The notes under the pieces are model-generated. The model saw only the letters and a list, made by a program, of their open reading frames with translations. It was not told the DNA's origin and ran no database searches. Of a stretch of 64,000 nt of DNA, positions 51,401 through 59,814 are shown piece after piece. Numbering within the stretch: the stretch's first letter is position 1; every line of letters begins with the position of its first letter. Where the stretch lies: NCBI GenBank assembly GCA_004431415.1, contig QPMI01000529.1:1-64000 (forward strand). Direction: 5' to 3'. This DNA is from Cyanophora paradoxa CCMP329. Taxonomy: Eukaryota > Plantae > Glaucophyta. The translations under genes were made by a program, and so were the position numbers.

Positions 51401-53706
51401 TTGTGACCCCGGACCCTGCCAAACGACTTGTAAACGTGCTCTGATACCTTACGCGAGCCCGGACCCCTGTGAAGTTGATTGTCAATGTCCAGTGCGCCGG
51501 ATATATCATGATCAAGTAAAGAGCGCAAGCGTGAACGCAATTATCCAACATTGCAACTAATATCGCTTACGTGAACTCGTTATTAATATCTTCATCGTGG
51601 AGCTGGATGTGCAGATCCTGCGTCTCCACATGAGCTCACCGGACACCTAGATCTGACTTGTGCATTGACCTTAAAAATGTCCTGCGCCCGATATTGGAAT
51701 TCGTCTTTATACTATACTCGTAATGAAGTAATATAGAAGAAATGGTTCACCGCGAGGACGGCGGGCTCGGTCTCCAGCTCGACGCAGAGCCCGCGGATAG
51801 TGAAGACTTCATCCTCTTCCAAGTCAAGTTCTAAATTCGCCTGGCCTCGGCTTCCGCCTTCCACCGCAGTCACGGAACACTCTCGCGAATGAACCTGCAT
51901 GCAAGCGGTTGCAAGTTCGGCAAGCTTCATTGCAATGCCATGGCCAGCCAAGTGCTTGCGATCGCTCACCTCAACAATCTTGACCATCAATCCGACCTGA
52001 CCATGCCCCGCGCATTTCATTACAACATTCAATGATAAGGCATCGTCTTCCGAACGAAAATTGTGAGCTTATTACCGTACCTTTCCCGGCTTCTTTGTTC
52101 TCATTCCGTACTGACGGCGAGGCACATTGGGCTCGTCATCTTCCTCGTTTACAGCGTGTGTGCGCCCACAATCCCTGCGCACGCGTGAGGTGTCAACCCC
52201 AATAGCCCCTCGGGTCGGCTACAGCTGCTGCACGCGTACGCTTGAGATCTAGAGTGCAAATCAGGAAAAAAGTTTTTAGGAGGCGAGAGGGTGGTACAGA
52301 TAAATGACGGTGGGAGGGGGGTGGGTATCGCAGCGAGAGAGCCGGGAGGCTTCATAAAAATGAGCATCTACCAATCTAACTGGCGTGGGTGGGTGCTAGG
52401 AAAGCTCCAAAGTGACGCAGAAGCTTGAGAAGAACTTGCAGGTGGTTGGTTTGAGAAAAACTCGAGCTTGAGGGGGGGAGGCCATTGCAGCGGAGGGAAT
52501 TCGAATTGAAAGGGAACGGACGTGCACGTGCGCTGCATATTCAAGCATTCGATCCGGTACTGACCAGTGCGTCTCGCCGACGACGATGGCTCCCGGTCGA
52601 AACTTGCGCGCGTGCACGTGCACGTGGGCTTCCCGTTCTTCGTGATCCCCGTGGCCGTGCCCATGATTGGTGGTCGATCCACCAAGAACAATTGACACGG
52701 AAGAAGGGACGTCCGCGCAATGGACAGCGAGTACGGCGGGCTCTTCATCGAGATTCACCTGCAGGCTTCCGTTGAAAACCACTATTAATATTGAAAGCGT
52801 TTCTGTCAGCCGTCGCACCACATCGGCCGTCTGCACTGCCTTGAAGGCATAATGGGTTCTCTTGCCTGAAAGCACAAAGACGTTTGCAACGTTGAGTTTG
52901 AAATTGACATGAAAGGTAAATTATAATAACATAGAAAGAGCCTGCACTGCGCACCATTTCTGTGTAGTCGAAACTCCTCGTGCTGATAGTCGACATCACG
53001 CGCGGCCCGGCCCCCATGAATATTCAATATTAATAGGGATTTCGCGAATCGAAGTGCATTAGGATCGCTCAGTAAGCTTGCGCACGTCGTAGTGATGGTG
53101 TCCGGTGGTGGGGTCAGTCCGGCGCTACGTATACGTGTATATGCGTGCCGCAGTGCAAGCAGTGTGAGCGCGCGGCCGAGCTAATCTTTTGGCGCGCAAC
53201 GCGAGCAGCGGAGCGATCCGGAAAATCTGGAGCACCTTGGCGTCCCAACCAAGCGGGCGCGGCCGGCTCCCGTGTTTCGCGGGTCTCGAGATGAAATGTT
53301 GAGGTCGCTCGCGATGGGGTTGCTTATGCGATCGATACATATCTGAACGTTCGTTCTTAATCCGACTATTATGTTCTTCAAATTCATGCATTTGGTCATC
53401 ATCATCACTTTTATCATCACCAAGCTCGCGATTGGTCACGGGCTCACGCGTGCGCATTGGGCCTGCCGCTGCGGGCACCCATACTTAAGAATACCAAAAC
53501 CCGCTGATTTCGACAAAAAAATGAGAGGTGCTAGCATACAGACCTGAAACTTTGTAAGCGTACTCGTAAGCTGCATCCCGTTTATGTGTGGCATGAGTCT
53601 GTGCTTGCACTTCTTGGACGTATGCGCAGGCACAGCTACAGATGCATAGAGCAAACACGGACAGCAACAGCAGCGCCTGAGTTTTCGACGCTGCAGCTGG
53701 TCCCAT
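39410..53706 (-). CDS. Giant putative GPI-anchored cell-surface protein with Pmp-like right-handed beta-helix repeats, FN3-like and EGF-like segments
   Basis: N-terminal signal peptide (MGPAAASKTQALLLLSVFALCICSCACA); GGA(V/L/I) and FxxN repeats at ~41000-43200; Cys-rich stretch at ~40300-40460; C-terminus SNSAAG..LWALLSAWVAVYAAAAF*. All coding-like exons lie on the minus strand, but continuity as one gene is not proven. Confidence 0.6.
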
Positions 53707-53944
53707 TTGCGTGCTTGCGCTGGCGGACAGAGTTATCGCGGATCGATGTCCCCGACCAGGAAAACACGCGCGTGCGCAGTACTAGCCTAGTAGTACACTG
53801 TGACACCTTCCAACCTCCCGCTCCGGGACTTAGTTAACCTCTACATCTGGCTGCCCGGCCGCAGTGCTAGTACGAGCCTACTAGGCTAGTACTACGGTAA
53901 CCTAACAGTAGTACTCAGTGACTGAGAGTCTGAGACTCAGTGAC

Positions 53945-54011
53945 TACCGTGTGGCACGAAAATTACCGTGTGGCAATTTAAAACCACGGCAATTTAACTA
54001 CTCCTACAGTA
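53945..54011. mobile_element. MITE fragment (one end related to the element at 54633)
   Basis: GGCAATTTAA repeats ending TCCTACAG-TA, the reverse complement of the TA-CTGTAGGA..TTAAATTGCC end at 54631. Confidence 0.55.
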
Positions 54012-54242
54012 CTAGTACGTAGTAGCACCGATCAGCTTGATGATGGCATCATGATGCGCCTTGATCTGACTTGCGCATCGATATCATGGGATTCATGGCA
54101 TGCCGATACCGGTAGTCTCCTGATTCCTGAATCGATATGACGACGATATCCTGGCATAATCCTGCCATGGCCATTGGCCAGACAGCAGTGCCACACTGCC
54201 ACTGTCTGGCAGTGTCTGCCAGCTGCAGCTACTACGCGGCTA

Positions 54243-54594
54243 CTGTAAGCCGGGAAATATTTAGTATACTGGATCTTTATAGTACCAAAGTTTTGAGGCC
54301 TGACTACTAAAGTTTTATCGTATACTAAACCGAGGTGCGAGGGGGGGTACGTAGCCCGCGCGCGCAGCCAGAGTTGCAGTGCGGGAGAAGCTAGCTATAG
54401 TGCGAGGGGGCTTCCGGACTCTCCAACAGATCAAGACCCCCTGGCGCGCCCACCCCCTTCCAGACTTGAAAGGCCGCTACTAAAGCGCTCCGCGCGGCTA
54501 TCTCTTAATTATTTTCAGCCTACTAAACCGACCAAACCCCGGGATTATTAATTATTTTGGGGTCTTAAATATTACCCGACTCGGCGAATTACAG
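54243..54594. mobile_element. TA-flanked MITE (Tc1/mariner-pogo-like), imperfect TIRs
   Basis: TA|CTGTAA..CGGGAAATATTTA at the left; TAAATATTACCCG..TTACAG|TA at the right; internal TACTAAA repeats; non-coding. Confidence 0.6.
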
Positions 54595-54632
54595 TAATCT
54601 CCCGAGTCCCGACTCCCGAGTCCCGACTAGTA

Positions 54633-54857
54633 CTGTAGGAATGCTTAAATTGCCGCGTAGTTAAATTGCCGAATTCGACCAAAACCGGAATTGCCGTGAC
54701 GATAGATTGCCGAAACTCTGGATTTCTTCTATGGCGCCATACAAAAGCGGCCGTTTAGCCCTACCCCCTGAGAATTGCCGTGGCTTAAAATTGCCGAATT
54801 CGGCCTCTCGGCAATATACGGCAATTTAAAACATCGGCTAAAAAAGCATTCCTACAG
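54633..54857. mobile_element. TA-flanked MITE (Tc1/mariner-pogo-like)
   Basis: Perfect TIR CTGTAGGAATGCTT / AAGCATTCCTACAG, TA on both sides, multiple subterminal ATTGCCG/CGGCAAT repeats. Confidence 0.85.
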
Positions 54858-55080
54858 TACTCCCGACTCGAGAGTCGAGTCCCGACTCCCGACTCTCTCG
54901 AGTCCTGACTCCTGACTCCTGAATCGATATCCTACCAGACAGTGCCAGTTATATATGAGGGCCATCAATGGGCCAAACGCGAAAAGGCAACTCCGAGAGC
55001 TCGAGACTCGGAAGTGACGCTTGGATTGCGGAGGTTCTTATAACCGCCGCAACAGCTGTGGGGGTACCCCCTCCGAGGCT

Positions 55081-55191
55081 GGCGATCGCGGCGATCGCGA
55101 CCCGATCGCGACCCTGGTGATCGCGACTTTCTCCCGATCGCGACCCTTTTCGATCGCGATTTCGAGATCGGGGGCATTTCTGCGATCGCGA
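55081..55191. repeat. Cluster of seven GATCGCG motifs (CGATCG/TCGCGA palindromes)
   Basis: GATCGCG at ~55084, 55093, 55104, 55119, 55136, 55152 and 55184. Confidence 0.85.
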
Positions 55192-55318
55192 GAAAGGAAA
55201 AATCGGAAAAGGCCGAAAAGTGCGTTTTTCACGCGTGAAATCGACCGAAAACGAGGGTTCGAATCCCGGGCCCGGATTTGGACTTGGGCAAAATCTCGGA
55301 CTGAAATGGGAGAAAAAT

Positions 55319-55400
55319 GGGACCTGGGACTTGGGACTTGGGACTTGGGACTTGGGACTTGGGACTTGGGAAGAGTTGGAATCAGAGTCTGGACTCAAAA
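55319..55400 (+). repeat. Module 1: (GGGACTT)6 GGGAAGAGTT plus tail
   Basis: Six perfect heptamers at 55326-55367, preceded by the variant GGGACCT. Confidence 0.95.
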
Positions 55401-55427
55401 CGGGGAAATTTTCGGAGGGGGAGAAAA

Positions 55428-55898
55428 ATGTCAGGCAATCTCTATTACGATTTCCCCTTTGAGTTGCATATGGCATTCGAGAGGCTGCGCGAGTTCTGGC
55501 GTTGGCACCTCACAGGACATGACATTCCCGACATAACACCAGAGCCCAACACACAGGGCGTGCTTGAAGTCATCCGTCAATATCCGCGTCGATTCAATGA
55601 ATGGATCGAGTTCCACGCAACGAACCGTTTCCAGAGTCTCCCCGAGGCCATACGCGAAAATTTCGTGAGGCTGGTGGGACCAGGCTACGACAACCCTAAC
55701 AATCATAGACCACGCCCAGCTGGCGTGACGCGCGAAGCTCGAGAAGACCGTAGACTTTTCCGCAGGGAATTGAGAGAGGATAGACGGAGGCTTTCAATGG
55801 GGCTCCCGCAGATTGTGAGGGGGTACAGCCCGGATTACGAGACTTACCAAGAATTGTACGGCTTCGAAAATCCCTTTGAGAGGGTACTACCAGGGTGA
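55428..55898 (+). CDS. Viral hypothetical protein (156 aa)
   Basis: Intronless ORF MSGNLYYDFPF.. preceded by TTTTCGGA-N8-AAAATG. Confidence 0.7.
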   Translation: MSGNLYYDFPFELHMAFERLREFWRWHLTGHDIPDITPEPNTQGVLEVIRQYPRRFNEWIEFHATNRFQSLPEAIRENFVRLVGPGYDNPNNHRPRPAGVTREAREDRRLFRRELREDRRRLSMGLPQIVRGYSPDYETYQELYGFENPFERVLPG

Positions 55899-56236
55899 GG
55901 GGCCAGGGGGGGCCCCTGAGGGTGTACCCCCCATCCGAGACTCGACCTTCGGCGGACGCACTCGGGCAATTTCCGTCAGGCCGGCTCCTTTTTCTGTCTT
56001 CGGTCCAACGCTAAATTTGGCTTTTTCAGGCCAGTTGGCAACGTTTTCCGTTGCGAACTAGCCCAGGAAAAAATTCGCCCACAAAACCGCGGTCCGCCGC
56101 CATTTTGGCTCACTCTTGAAACGGGTTCGCCGCCTTCTCTCAGCCCAAGGAATCCCCGCCTCTCCGAATTTTCACAAGTCCGCTCTCTCAGTCACCTCAC
56201 GTTTTGCCTTTGCTGATCTCTCTTCCCTTTGCGCAG

Positions 56237-57292
56237 ATGTCGATTCCCTCTGAGCTTGTCGAGGACCTTGCCAAGGCCCGTGAGATGTGGGCTAAGTCCC
56301 GCGATTGGCCTACCCGTGAAATGGAGAAGCGTGCCCGCAAGCTGGGGTACCTCTACCAAGCTCACAGCGGAGAAGGCTTCCATACCATCAACCTCAACTT
56401 TGTATCCACCCTTCTGCCCAAGTCCAAGCAACCCAAGCCCGAGCCCAAGCCCGAGCCCGTCGACGTGCCCCCCGTCCCCGGCTGGGTCAAGACTCCCACT
56501 GGCTGGGGCGACCCCAAGCTTTTCGCCGAGTCTGCCGCCGAGACGCTCGCCTGGGCCTATCCCCCTCAAGTCTTCACGAATTTCCCCCCTCCGTCATCGT
56601 CGTCATCTGCCCCTCAGCCCGTCGCCGAGCCCGCTCCCGAGCCAGTCGATGACGCCGAGTCCGAGGCCTCTGACGCCGAGTCTGACATCAACGACTTTAT
56701 CGACTTTGACGTGCCGATTCCATACGACTCTGAGTCCTCTTCCGACTCTGAAGGCGACAACGAAAACCCGACTCGCAAGCGCCGCATTATCAAGACCAAG
56801 TCAATCGTCAAGAAGAAGTTCATGGAGACCACGTCATTCACCGACAACTCCGAGCGAGTCAAGAATCCCGCCAAGGAACACGAAAAAGACTTGAAGATCG
56901 GCGCTGGCATTGCCCGTTCTCGCGTCACGTCACACTTCAGCAAGCGCCTGACTCAGCACGTCAAGACCATTGAGAAGCGCATCATCGCCAAGCGCGAAAT
57001 GGCCGAACTCCGGCGCAAGTTGCGTCACGAGCGCCTTCTTCGTCGCGAGATGACGCTGGCCAAGATTGCCGAGCGCAAGAAGAAGGAGGCAGCGGAACTT
57101 AGGGCGCGCGTCGAGGCTCAGCAGCGGCGCGAGGCAGAGGCGGCAGCGGCCTTGGCGGCGCAGCGCGAGCAGGAGCGGCAGGACTTAGTGCAGGCAGCGC
57201 AGGCCCTTCCCCGCATTCCCCTTAAGTCCGCGCCCGAGGCCCCGATTGACTTGGTTTCCGATGACGATGATTCTGACTTTGAGATGCTGTAA
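56237..57292 (+). CDS. Putative nuclear regulatory protein (acidic tract, NLS-like RKRR, coiled coil, C-terminal SIM-like IDLVSDDDD)
   Basis: 351-aa ORF from the ATG directly after an acceptor (GCTGAT..pyrimidine tract..GCAG). TGTAA/TGTA motifs follow the stop. Confidence 0.75.
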   Translation: MSIPSELVEDLAKAREMWAKSRDWPTREMEKRARKLGYLYQAHSGEGFHTINLNFVSTLLPKSKQPKPEPKPEPVDVPPVPGWVKTPTGWGDPKLFAESAAETLAWAYPPQVFTNFPPPSSSSSAPQPVAEPAPEPVDDAESEASDAESDINDFIDFDVPIPYDSESSSDSEGDNENPTRKRRIIKTKSIVKKKFMETTSFTDNSERVKNPAKEHEKDLKIGAGIARSRVTSHFSKRLTQHVKTIEKRIIAKREMAELRRKLRHERLLRREMTLAKIAERKKKEAAELRARVEAQQRREAEAAAALAAQREQERQDLVQAAQALPRIPLKSAPEAPIDLVSDDDDSDFEML

Positions 57293-57363
57293 ATAGTATT
57301 GCGTCATTCCATTGTACATACTTGTAAAAATTGGCCGACTATTCAGTTATGACTTGGCGCGAT

Positions 57364-57472
57364 CCTGGGACTTGGGACTTGGGACTTGGGACTTGGGACT
57401 TGGGACTTGGGACTTGGGAAGAGTTAGACTCAGGGTCTGGGCCCAGACTTTCTCTGGATCTGAGAGTTTGCC
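57364..57472 (+). repeat. Module 2: CCT(GGGACTT)7 GGGAAGAGTT plus ~45 bp tail
   Basis: Seven heptamers at 57367-57415; direct repeat of module 1 and inverted repeat of module 3. Confidence 0.95.
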
Positions 57473-57791
57473 GTGCCAAGTCCCTAACCACCGGGCAGAC
57501 TTAGAAAGGGGTACGGAAATTTGGATACGACGTTTCTGGTGACATTCCAGGTGAGATTTCAAGCGAGGTAGAGTCTGAACTGGTGTACGACTTGTAGCAT
57601 GATACTGGACATGAAAGCTCACGAGAGTATGCAACCGAAAAAGGATGTGAAGAGGGGTAGGAGTATTCGTGCGAGATGTCGAGAGAAGGAGGGTACGAGA
57701 TGGGATACGAGTAAAAAAGACTACGAGTAAAAAAGAGTACGAGGGGTGGTAGGAGTAAAAAAGTCGGTAGAAAAACTCACCTGACTTGTCT

Positions 57792-57886
57792 GACAAATTT
57801 CTGATCCTGGAGAAAGTCTGGGCCGGGACCTGGGTTTCAACTCTTCCCAAGTCCCAAGTCCCAAGTCCCAAGTCCCAAGTCCCAGG
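57792..57886 (-). repeat. Module 3 (inverted): CCT(GGGACTT)5 GGGAAGAGTT plus tail
   Basis: (AAGTCCC)5 at 57849-57883; the tail GGCCCAGACTTTCTC..GGATC is shared with module 2. Confidence 0.95.
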
Positions 57887-57907
57887 TTTTTCTGAACCTA
57901 GGGCAAA

Positions 57908-58271
57908 ATGGCCCTGCTCCGGTGCACCGACTCGCAAGACGTCGCCTACAACGTCCTGGTCAACTCGGACGTACCCCCGAGTGCCTTGGAGTTTCCCTGG
58001 AGAGTGGACAGGGACAGGGTGAGCAAGACGTTTGGAGGGCGCAAGCACTACCTCTCCCAACTGATCCTCGGGAAGTCGCCACGTGGACGCTACGTGGAAC
58101 ACATCAACGGCAACCCGCTGGACTACAGGAGGGAGAACCTGCGCTGGCATCAATGTCGGATATTCGCAAGAAGAGGAGGGGTACGCCAATTTACAGGAGA
58201 AGAGCGAGGAGATTCGGGAGATGATGGAGGCGGCACAGGCGCTAATGCAGCTTAGCCAGTCTAGACGCTAG
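57908..58271 (+). CDS. Degenerate HNH-endonuclease-like protein (probable frameshift near 58145)
   Basis: YLSQLILG..YVEHINGNPLDYRRENLR resembles the HNH consensus DHINGNxLDNRRxNLR. An alternative frame continues into EEEGYANLQEKSEEIREMMEAAQALMQLS. Confidence 0.7.
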
Positions 58272-59073
58272 TGGTGTGAATCTTGGTGTCGTACTCGCGA
58301 CCAACCGTTTCCCAGGCCACGTAAACTTCGGCTCCGGCGCCTGGCGCTGTCGAGTTGGTAGTCGCAGTCGTGTAGTCCGCCTCTGCCTCAATTAGTTCGG
58401 CCATGAGGGTAGAGCCCACGACCATTCCAGAGGTAGGCATTCCGGCGATGTTGTTGTACAATTTGAAAGTGAATTTCGTGAAGAGGAGCCGGGGCCAGAC
58501 CTGGGTACGGGGATTCGAGGCGCCGTATGAATAATCGGTACCCGAGGCGCCGCCCGTGGTGGCATTCGTCATCATCTCCTTTGCGGTCATCTTCCAGAGG
58601 TTGTACATCTCAAAGGGAACGGCCTGCGTGGTCTTGTGTGTGGCATCGATGAGGGCGCCATCTAAATGCGTTTTGATGTTCGGATTCGCACCATTCCCGA
58701 ATTTGCGAGTGAGGGCGGTGTTAGCGGTGAACTTGAGTTCGAGCACGCGAATGGCGGGCCGATCAGGCACAGAGGGCTCTATCTTTTTCAGGAGGCCCGA
58801 GAGCCAGAGCGCCTCCGCCTCATCCGCGCTCACGCCCGAGTCGATGTCAAAGTACACGTACACGGAGCAGGAGGCGGGATTCTCGAAATCGTTGGAGGTG
58901 ACGCGCAACATGACGGGATTCTGGACCCTCACGGTGAGCGGGGTGGCGTAGTTTCCGTCCCACTCCACCTTGTCCGTCCCTGCGTTGGCCACGTTCCCAG
59001 CGTTGCCGTAGAAATCGGGGACGATCGAGCCGGCAGACACGGTCTTCACGATGGTGGCCGAGGTGGTCGGCAT
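58261..59073 (-). CDS. Viral hypothetical beta-rich protein, paralogue A (possibly structural)
   Basis: Intronless 270-aa ORF with AAAATG start; aligns by eye with the upstream ORF (QNPV, SGLLKK/SGLVKK, LELKF/LEVKF, PRxxFTxFxF). Confidence 0.8.
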   Translation of the reverse strand: MPTTSATIVKTVSAGSIVPDFYGNAGNVANAGTDKVEWDGNYATPLTVRVQNPVMLRVTSNDFENPASCSVYVYFDIDSGVSADEAEALWLSGLLKKIEPSVPDRPAIRVLELKFTANTALTRKFGNGANPNIKTHLDGALIDATHKTTQAVPFEMYNLWKMTAKEMMTNATTGGASGTDYSYGASNPRTQVWPRLLFTKFTFKLYNNIAGMPTSGMVVGSTLMAELIEAEADYTTATTNSTAPGAGAEVYVAWETVGREYDTKIHTTSV

Positions 59074-59096
59074 TTTGCGACCTCAAATGAGAAAGA

Positions 59097-59776
59097 TTAT
59101 CCGTGAAAGAGGGTGATGTCGCCACCGATGTTCATGACGCGGGCCCCAGGCACAGAGTCAGCGTCGGTGCCGTACGCGTAGGAAATCGAGCACTCACGCA
59201 GCTCCGCGCAGAGGCTGGCGCCCGTGCTGAAGTGGGGCTGGTCGGCGGCGTAGGAGAGGGGAAGACCTGGAACCTGAAAAAGGTGAAGGGGAAGCGGGGT
59301 AGAGTCGAGCCGCGTGGGTTGCCGCCCGTGTAGAGGGCCCCCAGGGTCGCGGGACTTGGATTGAATTTCGTGAAGAGCACGTCGCCCTTGAGCGTACCCC
59401 TCATCTGGTAAGTTCCCGTACCCGGAAGATTCGAAGAACTGGGGTACCGGTTCACGGTGGGGCCGTACCCCGTCTCCCTGAACTTGACCTCGAGACAGCG
59501 CAAGACGTTGGCAGTGGCCGTGGCAGGTGCCACCTTTTTCACGAGTCCTGATTCGTGCAGCAGCTCGATAACCTCTGCGCTGAGGCTCAGAGGGTCGAAG
59601 AAGAGCTGGTAGGAATAAATCTTGGGCGTGGCGTAGGCGTTCTGAACGACCTGAATCACGACGGGATTCTGCAGAAAGACGTCGACGTAACTGCCGGAGG
59701 GTATGCGTGCGAAATCCTTGGTGTTGTTGCCAACGTCAAGTGAGCCGCTGAGGGTCTGGTACCAGTTGGAAGTCAT
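59097..59776 (-). CDS. Viral hypothetical beta-rich protein, paralogue B (one frameshift near 59260)
   Basis: ORF 59132..59776. A shifted frame gives STGASLCAELRECSISY..PGARV..FHG*, which matches paralogue A (VGSTLMAELIEAEADY..PGAG). Confidence 0.75.
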
Positions 59777-59814
59777 TTACCCCGGGCAGATATTTTTTCG
59801 GATCGTAGAGGAAA
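59777..59814. promoter_or_regulatory. 38-bp bidirectional intergenic region containing TTTTTTCGGA-N9-AAAATG
   Basis: Divergent ATGs at 59776 (-) and 59815 (+). The motif recurs upstream of the ORFs at 55428, 57908 and 63042. Confidence 0.65.

Noticed and set aside
55081-55191. GCGATCGC as cyanobacterial HIP1, implying plastid or cyanobacterial DNA
   Set aside because: Only a local cluster with core GATCGCG, and no cyanobacterial-type genes nearby.
54949-55536. ORFs with WDLGLGT or PSPKSQV repeats (also 57312..58189)
   Set aside because: These are translations of the heptamer arrays, not credible proteins.
55319-57886. (GGGACTT)n arrays as CRISPR or as chromosome telomeres
   Set aside because: No unique spacers and no cas genes. 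The arrays are short, internal, in both orientations and carry a conserved non-repeat tail; the unit is not TTAGGG or TTTAGGG.
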